Origin: Kiloniellaceae bacterium
GTDB taxonomy: Bacteria > Pseudomonadota > Alphaproteobacteria > Kiloniellales > Kiloniellaceae
Direction: 5' to 3'
Assembly: GCA_050043265.1 (NCBI GenBank)
Contig: JBHJIR010000005.1
Coordinates: 61,202-125,201 of the forward strand
DNA: 64,000 nt
In this document: positions 62,334 through 64,000 of the stretch, in pieces
How positions within the stretch are numbered: position 1 is the first letter of the stretch
How the letters are laid out: the number at the start of each line of letters is the position of its first letter
Position numbers and translations under genes: made by a program
The notes under the pieces: generated by a model
Databases searched by the model: none
What the model was told of the DNA's origin: nothing
What the model saw: only the letters and a program-made list of their open reading frames with translations

Positions 62334-62948
62334 TCAGGCCGAGACTTTGATGGCCGGCAGGAGGTCGCCCAGTACCCGCGCGACCTCGGCCGGCGGCTGC
62401 TTGAACTGCAGGCCAACGACGCGGCCGCGCTGCCAGACCACGGTGGCGGACAGGCCTTCGAAGCGGTCGCCCAGCAGGGTGACGCCCCCGGCGCAGTCGC
62501 GTTCCTGGCTCACCGCCACCTTGGCACCGCCCAGCGACATGTTGAGGATGGTGCATTCCATCTCGCCGTGGCCGCAGGCCAGGGTACCGGGCCACAGCAC
62601 GGAGCGGCGCAGATAGCGGCGTTGCCCTTCGGCATCGCCGAGGTTGGCGAGGACTTCCTGGAACACGGCGTCCAGCGTCTCGGGGTCGCCGAGGAATTGC
62701 AGATCGGCATAGTCGCCGTCCGCGTCGAGAACGCGGCAGGCCAACTGCCCGAAGTCGCGGATCGACAGGAAGAGGTTGCGTTCGCCGCCCGGCATCGCGA
62801 CGGGCCCGCCCGGCAGGCGCACCTGCGCGCCGCGGCGCGACAGCGTCACGATTTCGCAGTCGACGATGCCGTCCGGGCCCTGCAGGTGACCCGGCTGGTT
62901 CACCGCAATCTGCTGCTCGATAAAACCTGCGTCGGCTGTCGCACCCAT
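62334..62948 (-). CDS. Tandem PilZ-domain protein
   Basis: ATG 62948; domain 2 has RRYLR and NMSLGG (RxxxR and D/NxSxxG); domain 1 has only TLSRRG. Confidence 0.8.
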   Translation of the reverse strand: MGATADAGFIEQQIAVNQPGHLQGPDGIVDCEIVTLSRRGAQVRLPGGPVAMPGGERNLFLSIRDFGQLACRVLDADGDYADLQFLGDPETLDAVFQEVLANLGDAEGQRRYLRRSVLWPGTLACGHGEMECTILNMSLGGAKVAVSQERDCAGGVTLLGDRFEGLSATVVWQRGRVVGLQFKQPPAEVARVLGDLLPAIKVSA

Positions 62949-63130
62949 CTGCCCCACCGTCCTCTGAACGGGCCCCCGCCCGCTTCCTTGCCGCCGCACG
63001 CAACTCCGCGGCCGGAAAAACAATCCGCAGGAGAAGTATTGCGCCTGTCTGTTAACAAGTGGCGAAGAGCGCAAATCGACGAAAAGGCCGGGAAACCGGT
63101 CCAGCGCCCTGATTTCCAGGGCTTTTGGCG

Positions 63131-64000
63131 CTATTCGGCGGCGATCGGCGCGAACACGGGACCGCCCGGCATGATGCGCAGGCCGGCCCGCAGGTGCCGG
63201 AACGGCAGGTCGCGGTTGTCCAGCACCACCGGGCCCGGCGCCACCACCACCAGCACCGCCTCGGCGATCGGCTGGAAATCGGCCCGGAAGTGAACCGAGG
63301 ATTTCAGCGCCAGGATCTTCTGGTCGGCGGGTTCGATGCCCAGGTGGCGCAGCATCGCCTGGTCGGCCAGTTGCACCTTGGCCGAGGCGACCGCCACCCG
63401 GACGCCGTCCTTTTCCAGCAAGGCCGTCGGGCCCAGCTTCATGTGGGCGCCCTTGTAGAACGGCCCGGTGCCAGTGCACTGGCCGTCGCCCAGGCGCAGC
63501 ACCTTGAAGGTCGCTTCCAGCGGCGCGTCGCCCGGTACCTTGGAATGGCCGCCGAGGGCAACGGTGATCTCCGCCCCCTCGCCCGCCGCATGGGCGGCCT
63601 TGGCCGCCGCCGGATCGTAGAGGTTGGCCAGCACGGCGCCCACGGCCCCCTCGGAGATCAGCGCGCGCAGCAGGCCGGTGGTGTCGGAGTTGCCGCCGCC
63701 GCCGGGATTGTCCTGGGCATCAGCCAGCACCACCGGCTTGTCGCTGTGGGCGGCAATGCGCATCGCCTCGCGCACCGCTTCCGTGGGCTGCAGGGCCTCC
63801 AGCGCGAAAGCCGACTCGCGCTCCAGAGCGGCCTCGAAGAGGTTGTCGGCAGCCTTGTCGGCGGCCGCCTGGGAGGTGGCGTAGGCGACCAGCGAGGCGC
63901 CGGCACCGTCGAAATCGGCCGGGCAGAAGCCGCAGGCGAAGGAGATGCCGGTGACGCCCGGCTCCTGCGCCAGCAGCTTCACCTCGCGGTAGACCTCCTT
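63131..64000 (-). CDS. M81 family metallopeptidase (MlrC-like), C-terminal part; 5' end outside the window
   Basis: GFCPADF, LADAQDNPGGGGNSD, LALKSSVHFRADF. Confidence 0.88.
   Translation of the reverse strand, partial: KEVYREVKLLAQEPGVTGISFACGFCPADFDGAGASLVAYATSQAAADKAADNLFEAALERESAFALEALQPTEAVREAMRIAAHSDKPVVLADAQDNPGGGGNSDTTGLLRALISEGAVGAVLANLYDPAAAKAAHAAGEGAEITVALGGHSKVPGDAPLEATFKVLRLGDGQCTGTGPFYKGAHMKLGPTALLEKDGVRVAVASAKVQLADQAMLRHLGIEPADQKILALKSSVHFRADFQPIAEAVLVVVAPGPVVLDNRDLPFRHLRAGLRIMPGGPVFAPIAAE

Overview
High-GC alphaproteobacterial chromosome segment. The gene order mfd-sdhE-recG, coaD-gyrA-ssb-uvrA, yajC-secDF, surE-pcm-nlpD and argS-SPOR-nagZ-scpAB-tatABC-serS is typical of the class; a Rhodospirillales-like host is my inference. 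Most of the window is conserved housekeeping sequence with three tRNAs (Leu-CAG, Leu-GAG, Lys-TTT), an RND pump pair and several single accessory genes. I saw no CRISPR array, integrase, transposase or prophage. Most notable observations: (1) an extra, truncated TatC paralog, translationally coupled between tatB and tatC, that keeps the periplasmic cap but has lost the twin-arginine recognition residues; (2) a 760-bp AT-richer single-gene cassette bounded by an ~80-bp duplication of the 3' end of an adenylate cyclase gene; (3) a predicted H-type pseudoknotted RNA upstream of a DksA/TraR-like gene; (4) an in-frame TAG in the essential argS, together with repeated A>C/T>G changes in normally invariant motifs, which may be consensus errors; (5) a tandem DUF502 fusion; (6) a cluster of orphan genes between the tRNA-Leu pair and tRNA-Lys with CtrA-like and sigma-54-like sites. 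All calls come from reading the sequence by eye; no searches or folding programs were run.
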